Source of the DNA: Thalia democratica
Taxonomy: Eukaryota
Length of the DNA stretch: 64,000 nucleotides
Assembly: GCA_965202585.1 (NCBI GenBank)
Contig: OZ241828.1
Coordinates: 81,282,001 to 81,346,000 of the forward strand
Direction of reading: 5' to 3'
A program made the position numbers and the translations under genes. Under the pieces are notes generated by a model. That model was not told the DNA's origin. It saw only the letters and a program-made list of their open reading frames with translations, and searched no databases. This document shows positions 39,652 through 51,480 of the stretch, in pieces (position 1 is the stretch's first letter; the number at the start of each line of letters is the position of its first letter).

Positions 39652-42426
39652 ACAAAAATAAAGCTTAGGTACTCTAAAAGTATTATTTTTCAACTAGGCT
39701 TTTTTATCTAGGCTTTTTTAAAGAAATTATGTTGTATTCAAAAAAACAATTTCAACTTAAACTTATAAATTTATAAATAGAAAGATTTAGTTCAATAATA
39801 GTTTTAATTGAATTTGTTTGAACATCTTATCAAATAAGTAAATTTAGACACTACTATATGTTTCTAAAGAGAAGAACTATCTTTTAGTATAGTGTTATAA
39901 GAATAGTCAAATATGCTCAAAGAAAAGCGATTTTTTTTCCTAAAAGTTACATAAGTATATACGATTGCTAGAATAAGGTATGAAGCATTTTTATTAAAAA
40001 TAATTAGAAAATTTTAAACTTTAATATTTAAAGAAAAAATAGGTTTACAAATAAATACTATATATTTGCTGTTTTACTAACAAACAAATAGTAAAAAAAA
40101 CGTCTTAACAAAAACATTTTAAGTAAAAAATATACAAAATTTTTGAAGTACTTATAAAAAAAAACAGGTCCAATAAAAGCAAAAGTTGCGGAAATTACGC
40201 TCGTCAAAAGTAAACCGTACTTCTATTTTCAAACAGTAATATTGTTTATATATCAACGGCTAAAAGTTTACTTTATTCAATTTTTGGTAATTTCAATGTA
40301 ATTTATACAAAGAATTTTCAATTCCTATTTTGCCAGTTTTACACAAAATAAAGTCTAAAATAACTTTACATCAAACTAAACTGAATAAATTTTTTTTTTA
40401 ATTAATTATGTTTCATGTAACCTGTTTCTATTTTAACGATGTATAGTTATTGTTACCAGTAATCAAGATCAATGACAATGGTATTTAAAATGTGAAAAAA
40501 ATTGGTATGCCATTGCTTAAATGTTGCGTAAAGTGTATGATTGGACACGGAACTCAATAGTCGAACTGGTAAGTCGTCAGGTTTGTTCGTCTGGGACAAC
40601 CAAACGTCAAGCGTTTGGAACGAAACAAGGAAGGGGGAAGAAAATAAACACCTAAAATGCCTCCGTCGTGTCTTCAGAGTCGGATGACGAGAAAAGTTCA
40701 GATACGAGGAGGGTTTAGACGTTCTCACCACCGTGCACTCTACTCTCAGCTGGCGCAGGAGTAGGCTGGTGAAGAGCGAATCACATTTGGTGCATATCAA
40801 GTCGGTCGTTGTTAAACCACGGTAAACCACTGCGTGTTAATGACGTCATACAGCGCGACCTGAAGTTCTGAGTGTCAGCACTGATGAGTTAGAAGAGCAA
40901 ATAACCATGAAAAGTGGTTGTATTCTATATAAACAGAAGAAATAAAGATAGGTAAAAACAACACTTTAAGATACGGAAGTAGAAGATGAAATGAGTATCT
41001 AAATTAACTTATTTTTGTTAGTTTTTTATTATTACACTTTTTTTGTGGTATCAATAAGTTTGTAAACTTTGTTTTTGTTTCGATTACATAATTAGTTGCT
41101 TTAAAACGTAATATGCACAGTCGATTTAGGACGATAGCTGGCCTATAACTATCATATAATTTCTTTATTTAATTTCAAATTTTAAATAAAAAAGATAGCT
41201 GCATTTAAACTATCGGATCGGGTGTAAATTGATTTCAATTTTTGGTGTATTGATCGGTTGAGAACTAATTATATAAATAATGTTTTGTAATAGAACCTGC
41301 TAGGTTAAAAAAGAAATTGTATTAGTTTAAAGAAGTATAAATAAACTGAGAAATAACTTCTATGAAAACTAAACAGATAGTAAGCTGATGTGGATATGTG
41401 ACCTGTTTACCGTTGCAGAAAAACTTGTTTACCATTCAAGCTACGATTGCAGCTGTAACAAAAAATTATAGTGACGTAACAGCTCAAACACAATTACTCA
41501 TAGTTATTATGCTGGTACAAATTTGAGATTTTAAAGTTTGAACGTTGGTAACGGAACATTATCCGCAGAACAAACACCTCCGGAGCTGTGATTGAATCTT
41601 CAAGCAACGACTAAACTTGCCAACTATAAGCATTAGCAACTACTGAGCATAAAACAAGAGCATAAGAACGTATTAGTTATATATGTAGGAAATATAAGGT
41701 ATTTTTGTTTTCTGTATTTGATGTAACATTTTTATAAATAAAAATCTAGTTAACACAGAAAATAATTATGACAAAAAATGTATTTAAGGTGAAACTAATT
41801 AATATTCGTATTGTTATTCTAATAATCGAAAGATTGTTTTAAACAAATAACGTTTTTATTCAAGTTCTATCACTTTAAATGAGTATGAATATTATATAAG
41901 ATCTATGCAAAATGAAAACTTTTATTTGTGGGTTTGTAACTGTAAGTTTTAGTCAAAATATTTAGCTATTTTACTAGTATCTGATATTATTTTCTATCTA
42001 TATTTTACTTAGTAGAATAAGATAACCAGAAAAATTATTAAACTAAAAGAAACTTAAGTTTATTGAAAAATACTTCAATAACAAAAAAAAAGTAATATAC
42101 GTTGTAATTAAATAAGAAACATTAACTTTTTTTTGTTTAAAATTTAATAAACTGGTACAATTATCAATAATAAATAAACTGTGGTGTTTAATTTTTTTTT
42201 CTAAACATCTTGAAAATTATTTAACAACCTACCTAAGTTAAAAAACACAGCAAGTTTAATAATAATACCATACTATAGTAGAACTTATATTAAGAATGAA
42301 AAGTTTTCACTAATACCGAAACATAAAAATTTTGCAAAGTGTGAAGATCAAACTGATAAAGTTTTTTTTAAACACATGAGATGACACACTACGCCAATCT
42401 TTCCTCAAGAACTTATAACTTGGCCT

Positions 42427-45155
42427 TTATACTTTAACGCAGGAATAGAACAAGTATGGTGGCTTCTCATAATCTTTGTATGACCATTCGTCATTTTGAA
42501 CGTCATATTGTACAACAAATTGTACGAATTTCCTAAAAAACAGGATTTTTCTGCCCACTAAAATGGCGTCTTTGCTAAAAAATAATTGATTTCTAATAGA
42601 GCGGGCGTAATGACCTTTAGGATGAGGTCTTACAAGAGCAAATCGGTTGCAATGTGAGTCAAACACTTCAACGGCATCTTCATCGGCACCCAAAAGTAAA
42701 AACAATTTGTTCCGGACAACAGCTGACTTGTGTTTCATTCTTCTTTTAATCATGTTGGGCATGCTTGCCCATGAACCGTCAATAGGATCGTATGCCTCAA
42801 CAGTGTTCAACAACGGCCCATTGTTGGACCCACCCGTAACGACAATTTTTCCTTCAAAGACAGCACACGACGCGTGGCGCCTTTCTTGGCGCATTCCAGC
42901 CACTTCTTTCCACGTTTTGCTTGTCGTGTCAAACTCAACACAGAAGTCAGTTTCAACTTTTGAGGAATCGAACCCTCCTATACAGTAGACTTTGTTTAAA
43001 AACGAACATGCACAAAAACCTATACGATCGTCATACATTTGAGCTATAACATTCCAAGCATTGGTAGCAGTTGAATATCTTTCCACAGACATCACTGGGT
43101 TTGAGTTATAATCAACGCCACCGAAAACGTAAACTTCGCCTTTTACACAAACAGTGCTAGCAAACATTCTTCCATGATTTAATGAAGGCAAAGTTTTTAC
43201 GTCGGAAAGATTATCAGCATCGATGGTAAAAACATTTCTGACTGCACGATTTCTGTGTTCACCACCGACAATCATTATTTTAAAATTGCCTTTACTGCAG
43301 TACCTGCTTGTGGTTCTTTCCCGGCAATCCTCGCCGTTCGTTCCAAGGGCTTTGATAATTTCGCGGCACCTGCCGTCCATGCCCATCGGCGTTGCTTCGC
43401 TCAGTACGTGGTTCAGCGCAGGTGCCGACAGTAGCGAGAGGCGCACCCTGGTCAAAAGGTCTTTGGCATGCTCGCCGCGTTCAGCGGGATCGTGACGCAA
43501 CCAGCCGTTTGCCGCGTTGACCGTCTCAAGTTCCGAGTCCGCGCACAGCTTGGAGCTCGCTAGTATTTTCTTGACAGCCAGCGGTTGCAGCTCTAAAAAG
43601 TCAGGAGAGTCAGCAACGGTTTGGAAATGCCGCTCGATGCAACGCAGAGATGTCTCAGACAACTTGGGGATGTTGAAGTAGTGTGAGAAGGAGTATAACA
43701 TAGTAGCATTCTCGACTTGAATACACTTTTCTAATTGATCGCAACTTTCGTTTTCTTCATCTTCATCCAAGAAAATTTTGCTTGTTTTTATGGACACTGC
43801 AGATTTTTCAACGTCAGACTTGATATTTTCTGTGAATATGCATTTTTAAATAGTTCATTAAGACTTACGAAACGACTTAAGATAGAAGACATTTCAAATT
43901 ATGATTTTTGATAATAATAAAGTACACATACATTTAGAAATGCAAGGTAGAAATACTTTTTACGAATACTTATAGTTAAAGTACGTTTCTACTATATATA
44001 AAAGTAATTTTATCAAATTTTAGCATTTTAGACATGTTTTAACACTATTATAAACTGCTTTTTTTGAAACAAGTAAATTAAGCCAATATTATATTTGTTA
44101 AACTTAAATCAGATAAACTGCTATTATCAAAAATTAAAAGAATTTATCTTTCATTATCATTTATAGAAGTTGAAAATGTAGTGAACGATAAAGCTCATTT
44201 TTTTTAATTGTAACCATATTATGTTTTACATAGGTTTAGGTTAAAAATGTTTTTAGTTTAAAAAATATAAAAACACAACTTTTGTCAAAACTGTTTCTAG
44301 TGTAAATAAAATACGACTTGTAAACAAAATCTGTTTTTTGAACATAAATCTCCACGTCGTTTAACAAGTACTTTTTTTTACTATCATATAATGAAAATCA
44401 ATAGTTTTAATGTTTATTTTTAAATTATTGCTCTGCTGATGTTTGCAAATATAATTTTATAATAGATTAGCATGTGTTAGTTATTTCGTTACATATTTTT
44501 TTATTGCCTCTCCTCTTAAACTTGTTTTTGCTTTGATGCTCGGGTCCATAACGTTGCGTAATAAAAATTAAGAAAATGCTAAAAATTGTTTAACATTAAT
44601 TACAGTTTGATAATACTAGTTAATAAATTGTTTAGAATATAAATTGTTATGTATACTTGTAGCGACGCGTGGTATTTTTGTTAGGGGAAACTCACAAGTT
44701 TTTCTAAAAACCCCTTAGTTTAACATGTTTGAAACCTAACTTAGTAGAACAAAACTACTGTAATAACAACATATCGTTTGTGAAAAAAACTTAAATTAAA
44801 AAATAATAGTTTTAACAGATTTATAGCAAAATAGTAGAAACTTTTTTACAATACTTAATAATAATTTTATTTAAAGTCGAGCCTCTGCTCCAATGTTTCA
44901 CGCGACGCCACTGACATACAAACATATATAAATTTTATGACACTGAAATACATATAAACAAACATATATTATAATATAAAAATATAAAAACATATATTAA
45001 TGTTATAACTATATCATACCTGTTTTCAGAACATCAACGCGTTTTTTAGTGTTTTCTTTGCACAGATTGCAAAAATGATTATCTTTTTCCGTTTTGTGAT
45101 AACCACTTAGGTTTCCAAGTTTTGAAGAAATTTGCATTTGGTTTAGAGTATTCAT
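42427..45155 (-). CDS. Kelch-like protein with BACK domain and Kelch repeats but no recognisable BTB domain, 512 aa (exons 45155-45020, 43829-42427)
   Basis: BACK-like region (ENATMLYSFSHYFNIPKL...FLEL...ILASSKLCADSELETVNAANGWL...LLTRVRLSLL) followed by four clear Kelch GG repeats (IMIVGG, VYVFGG..VERY..W, VYCIGG..W, IVVTGG..VEAYDP..W) and degenerate blades. The upstream phase-1 exon supplies ATG 45155. A probable 5' UTR exon ends at 45483 with an in-frame upstream stop. Confidence 0.9.
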
Positions 45156-45526
45156 AGTTATTTTATAAACCTGTAATTATTATGATTAAATTTTTTAAAG
45201 ACTCAGGTTTAACTGAATTAATTTATTATATTTATTATACAAATTTATTGTTTTTTTTTTCAAAAAATAATTTAAAAATTGCAAAAGAGATCAATATAAA
45301 ATAAATACTAGTTTAAATATTAGACAATACTTTATAAAACAATTAAGTACCAAAGTTTTTTGTATTAAGTTTCAAAAGCATTTAAAAATTATTTTATAAA
45401 ATACAATAAAAATAAATTATAAAATATATAAAAAAAATGATTATTTAGAATTGTTTTGAACATCGCTATAGTCATTATTTACTTCTTGCTTTACAAATAT
45501 CAGTGTACTTCCAATCGATGCTAACT

Positions 45527-46465
45527 AACGAGCATGAACTAAGCTTGAGAGCGTTTTTTAGGAATTTTGTAAAATATCCAAACTTAAAACCCAATTATGT
45601 CCTTATCTTAATAGCTAATTAGTTTTTTTTTAAGAACGGTCCTTGAGACTTGTATAGTTATGTTTTATGATATTGTGATATCTTTTTCTAGTTTATTATT
45701 GCTTTTAAAAGATATGACCCATACAAGATTTACCTAAACTCTTAGCACTTTCAGCAAGAAATCCCTTAAACAGCGTTGCTAATAATTTAGGTAAAACTTG
45801 TATAGGTAATATATTTTAAAAGCAATAATAAACTGGGAAAAATATATCACAATATCAAAAAACATAACTATACAAGTCTGTTAAAAATAAAAATTACTAA
45901 AAAAATTTATTATTTTTGCGTAAAAGGTTGTATATCTGAAAAACGAAAATCGTGCAAAAATGGAAATTTTCTGAAAAGTTTATGGCTTAAGTATAAAAAA
46001 AGTTGAAAAAAAAATATTTTTTTTTTAATATATAACATCATTAAACTCATTTTAATAAGTATGTATATAAAAAAAAAATTGAAAAAAATAATTGTTTTGT
46101 AAGAAAAGGTTTTACAAGCTAAATATAGATTTATGATATAAAAAAGAAAATTGAAAATTTTTTTTTTATATTATAACATCATTAAACTCGTTTTGTTTAA
46201 GAAAAAAAATTAAAAAAATAATGATTTTTGAAGAAAAAGTTCTACAAATAAAAAACTAGAAAAAATACAAAAATTTTAAAGGGACCCTATTCAAAAGTCA
46301 AACCCCAATTCAATGGATTTATTTTTTAATTAAAGACAAAGGACCGTGCTTTAGAATAAAAAAAGTTTTTAATTAGCTATTAAGATAAGGACATAATTTG
46401 GTCTTAAGTTTGGACATTTTTACAAAATTCCTAAAAAAATCTTATAAGCTAAGTTCACGCTCCTT
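45527..46465. mobile_element. Non-autonomous DNA transposon with long (~120 bp) terminal inverted repeats and a 7-8 bp TSD (Foldback/Mutator/hAT-like, class not resolved)
   Basis: 45527-45643 matches the reverse complement of 46340-46465 (e.g. AATTATGTCCTTATCTTAATAGCTAATTA). GCTAACT flanks both sides (45520-45526, 46466-46472). No internal ORF; an internal duplication lies near 46010-46200. Confidence 0.8.
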
Positions 46466-46489
46466 GCTAACTATTTTGTTAAATAAATA

Positions 46490-47352
46490 CAGTAACCTCT
46501 CGCTTATTTACGCACTTTGTGTCCTCAGAAAAAGTGCGTAAAGATATGAGAGATCGTAAAGATACGAGAGGTACCAAATATACTTACTCTAATGACTGTT
46601 TTTCGATATTGCTTCTAGTTAAAGCAGACAGGAGACTTTTCCACTTTTAATAATTTGTTTTTCTTTATTTATAAATATTAAAACAAAATATAAAACTATA
46701 CATCTATTAAAAAAAAGGATTTAAATTTATATAAAGTTTAAATACCTGTACAAAAATTTTAATAATTTTAATTATAAGTAGACTTTATTTTAATCTTTAT
46801 TTATATGTGACTTTTTTGATACTTAACATTTATATTCTATTGTATTTAGCAAATTCAATTTATAATTAAGCATTTGTTTACAATTAAGATGGTGTGATGT
46901 CTATATTAAAACCTGTTTCTATAGTCTTTTAAAATAATATGCATTTCCGTGCTGTAATAGGTTTCTTCTTTTGAACAAAAATATATAAGATATAAGAAAT
47001 ATTTTTAATAAAAATTGTTTATGTTACAACAACCTTTTTTAATTTGACCTTTGACAACATAAGGATAAACTTAAATTTAATCTCTTATTGTTAACAAAAC
47101 TTCTGATATACTGAGGTATAACTAAAGGTTTATCTACTAGTCAAGGAACATAAGTTAACAAAGTCTAAAGATATAGAGAGGTGAGTTAGCATTTAAAAAC
47201 ACATTTTAAATTAAAAATATACAATAAACTTAATTTGAGCAATACTAAAAAAAAATTAATAAAATATTTTTTTGAGTTTTAAGAATTCTAAAATGCGTAA
47301 CTAAACGAGAGTGCGTAACGCCACAAGTGCGTAAAGATGCGAGAGGTTACTG
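46490..47352. mobile_element. pogo/Tigger-like (Tc1/mariner superfamily) MITE with TA TSD
   Basis: TA|CAGTAACCTCTCGCTTATTTACGCACTT ... AAGTGCGTAAAGATGCGAGAGGTTACTG|TA: about 28-bp imperfect TIRs starting CAGT and a TA duplication. No ORF. Confidence 0.85.
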
Positions 47353-49123
47353 TAATCTGTATTAATAGGTAAATTTAAAAGCATGCAACATTAAAACCTT
47401 GAATGGTTTAGTTTACTGATTTGAGTAAGTAAAAAAAAATCATCAAAAAAAAAATAACTTTAAATGGTAAATTTCTCGGCTAATAATACATGAAATCTGT
47501 TTACTTAAATAATATCTTCCTTGAAAGAAAAATAAAAGTATATTTCCCATTTTAAAACCTTATGTTAGTAGGGTTTATTGAACAAATGGTTAAAATAGAT
47601 TAAATAAAATCAAACTAAATTGAGCATTTATATATTAGGAAATCGACTTAATACAAAATCAGGCACTTGCTTAGTTTTACCCAAGAATAGATAGTTAGAC
47701 TGTGATTCTAAAAAAATAATTAAAACCCTGTGCAAAAATTGATAAAGCATTTGTATAAATGTAGTTAAATTGAAGAATAACATTTGTATATATATAAATA
47801 TCAAAATATAAAAATAGACTTTTTTAGTTAAAACAAACAATTATATGAATAACAAGTGTATAAACTTTAAACACCATAAAAAAGATAACTACTTTAATAT
47901 TCAAAACTTGAAGCATATAGATAAAACAAATTAAAAGTTTAAAAATATTTTGTGTTCTAAACTAGTGTACAACCACACTCAAAACCAAATTTAAAATTTT
48001 AACTAAATACTGATATTAAACAATAGTTAGACATGAATGAACATATTGTATTAAAGAACAATTGCAAACACTGAAAAAAAATATAAAAAAACATCACACT
48101 TTAGAGAATACCTTTTATGTGGTCTAAACTTTTACACAAGATTTAATCTACCAGAAATTAATTTTACAAATGTATAAAATAAGTTTTAACTACTTAGAAT
48201 GTAAATAAAAAGTACATATAAAAAGCAATATAACTTAAAAAATACATTATATAACACAAGAAACAATAGAAATGAATTTTCTTGAATAACATGTTAACTG
48301 CAGCAGGCTGTGGCTAGAATTCCTTCCTGCTCTAACTGTTGTTAATATATATGGCTGTAATATATTAATGTAAACTTGCATCAGTAAACTCATGACTGCT
48401 CTTTATTTTCTCCTTATATAAACTTATATCAGTTAACACGTAATCTTGCAAGCTTTCTCATAAGCGCTTAGATGAACATACAAGTTAACTCAAAACTTTC
48501 TCAAAACTTAAGTAGTTATGAAATGCAGTTTGATATCAGGTTACACTTTCTCTTCTTCATCTTTTAAAAGACAATGTTCACTTTACTTCTCCTTTGCCTT
48601 TTTGTTTGAAGATAAACCCTCCCTTCATAATCAAGATAAAGTAAATTAATTAATTATACCAAAATTTTAACTGGTTTAAAACTATTAATGTTGTTTATTT
48701 AAGAAAATGTTTTTAAAAAAATTTAAAAAAATACTAAACAATTTTTAACAAATGGTATTTTAGTTTTTAAAATTTGTGTTTTAATAATCACTGTTTTTTA
48801 TTTTGTTTACTAAAACTATGAAAATGCACTTAAATATCAAAAAAAAACTTAATCATTACAACCTACAATAAAGATTGCAGCATTTGGAAACAGATAAACT
48901 ATAAAAACTCAAAAATAATCACTCAAATGTCATGCCTGTACAAAACCCTATGATACAGTTTTTTAATTTTTTTAGAATTTTACTTGTTTTTTTTTTGCAT
49001 TATTTAAAAATAAATGTTGTCTTTTTCTATTGTGGTTTTAAGAGCCTTACATGAAGTTTAATATGACTCACTGTTCCTTAAAATTGATCACTAACTTTTT
49101 ATTTATGACTTATTCATACTAAT

Positions 49124-49430
49124 ACTTTGTCAGTTTTACTGTGACTTGGTGGACCAAATTTTTATAGTTCTACTTTTACTTTGTGGACTTAGAATTTGTC
49201 AGTTCTATTTTGACTTTTTGAACTAAATTTTGATAGATCTTTTTTGACTTGTGGAATATACTTTGTCAGACTTACTTTGACTTTTTGGACTAAATTTTCT
49301 CAGTTCTATTTTGACTTTGTAGACTAAAATTTTTGTCATATCTTCTTTTACATATAAGACTAAATTTTGTCAGTTCTACTTTGACTTTTTTGACTAAACT
49401 TTGTCAGATCTATTGTGACTTTGTGGACTA
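49124..49430. repeat. ~34-bp degenerate minisatellite in macro-repeat unit 1
   Basis: About 9 copies of TTTGTCAGTTCTACTTTGACTTTGTGGACTAAAT-like units, spaced 33-35 bp. Confidence 0.8.
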
Positions 49431-51216
49431 AAACTGGGACTATACCCTTTGTGACTTTGACTTATTGTCACTGATCTTTTGTTATTTAAGGACTTAAATT
49501 GTGTCATTGTATTTTTGGTGGATTGCTTTGACTTTAACATTGTCACCAACTCTCTGTGATTTATCAGCACTTAAATAACGTCAATAATGTTTGTGGCTGA
49601 CTTTGATTTCAGCATTCTCACCAACTTTCTGTGACTTATTGAAACTTAAATTTTGTTTAATACCCTTATTACATCTTACCTAAACCCCGTATATTTCTTT
49701 GTTTAGTATTACCCCTATTGTCTATTGGTTTTCCAAAACCCCAATTCATTCTGGTAAGGTTAAAAACTCAAAGGCTTTTGAATGGGTAGATAGTAAATGT
49801 AAGTATTGCTTCTTAACAGTTAAATGCAAGCTTTATTGTACAGTTTTTCTTAACCTACATTTAAATAAAATACACTATATAATAAAAATGACAAAAATAT
49901 AATAATGTGAGATAAAAACTACCTTCAAAAAAAAGATAGTTTAATAGTAAAATTCTTAAAGGTAAAATGCTGTCTTGGTTTTATTTAACTGTTACCTAAA
50001 ATAATAGTTATTCTTTCCCGAGGACCACATGTAGGGTTCTAATGTAGTGTACAACCACACTAAAAACCATAGTAAGTTTTAACTAAATGTACTAAATATT
50101 GTTATTAATTAATTTTTAGGGCTACTCTATGTAAAACTAGGCATGACATTATGAACTAATTGTACTAAAAAACAATTGCAAACACTAAGAAATATATAAA
50201 AAACATCACACTTTAGAGAATACTTTTGATGTGGTCAAAACTTTTACACACCATTTAATCTAACAGAATTTTTTTTAATTTATAAAATAAGGTTTAACTA
50301 CTTAAAACATAAATAAAAAATACTTTCAAAAAGTGTCATTACCAAAAAAGTACTTAACATAACACAAGAAAACAATATTAGGTTCTCAACTTGAACAACA
50401 TGTTAACTGCAGCAAGCTGTGGCTAGAATGTCTTCCTGCTCCAACTGTTGTTAATAAATATGGCTGTAATATTTTAATGTAAACTTGCATCAGTAAACTC
50501 ATGACTGCTCTTTATTTTCTCCTTATATAAACTTACATCAGTTAACACGTAATCTTGCAAGCTTTCTCATAAACGTTTAGATGAACAAACAATTTAACTT
50601 AAAACTTTCTCAAAACTTAAATAGTTATCAAATGCACATTGATATCAGGTCACACTTCCTCTTCTTTTTATTTTGAAAGACAATGTTCACTTTACTTCTC
50701 CTTTGCCTTTTTGTTTGAAGGTAAAGCCTCCCTTCATAATTAAAAAAAAAAAAAAAGAATACATATATTAAAATTTCAAATGCTTTAAAACTAAAAATAT
50801 TTTTTATCAAAGAAAATTTAAATAAATAATAAACACTTTTTTAACAAATGGTCATGGAGTTTTTAAACTTGTGTTTTGTTAATCACTGTTTATTATTTGT
50901 TTACTACAACATTAACAATTCACTTAAATTTCAAGAAAAATGTTAAACATTACAACCTACAATAAAGATTGCAGCATTTGAAAAAAGATAAACTATAAAA
51001 ACACAAAAAAATATCACTTAAATGTCATACCTATACAAATCCCTATGATACAAATTCCTAATATATTTCAGAATTTTACTGGTTTTTTCTGCCTTATTAA
51101 AAAATAAATATTGTCTTTTTCTATAATGGTTTTAAGAGCCTTACATGAAGTTTAACATGACTCACTGTTCTTTAAAATTGATCACAAACTTTTTATTTAT
51201 GGCTTTTTTATACTAA

Positions 51217-51480
51217 TACTTTGTCAGTTCTACTGTGACTTGGTATAGTTCTACTTTTACTTTGTTGACTAAACTGTGTCAGCTCTGTTTTGACTTTTTA
51301 AGATAAATTTTGATAGATTTACTTAGTGTGTGGAATAAACTTTGTCAGTTTTACTTTGACTTTGTGGACTTGAAATTTGTCAGTTCTTTTTTGACTGTGT
51401 AGACTAAAAATTTTTTCATATATTCTTTGACTTTTTTCACTAAGCTTTGTCAGATCTATTGTTAGTTTGTGGACTAAAAC
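51217..51480. repeat. ~34-bp degenerate minisatellite in macro-repeat unit 2
   Basis: Same unit as at 49124-49430, followed by longer TTGTCACCAACTTTCTGTGACTT sub-repeats. Confidence 0.8.

Noticed and set aside
40875-40920. CTGATGAG...GAAA as a hammerhead ribozyme core
   Set aside because: Three extra bases sit between stem II and GAAA, and there is no properly paired stem I or III or UH cleavage triplet.
48290-50720. Decayed protein-coding frame on the - strand of the macro-repeat unit (MKGG..FKQKGKGEVK*...)
   Set aside because: Stops are shared between copies, and differences between units 1 and 2 spread evenly over codon positions (about 7/9/9 by my count), so there is no sign of coding constraint.
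49124-51480. CRISPR-like or 11-aa coding repeat reading of the minisatellites
   Set aside because: Units are contiguous without unique spacers, the period is about 34 bp (not a multiple of 3), and the context is eukaryotic.
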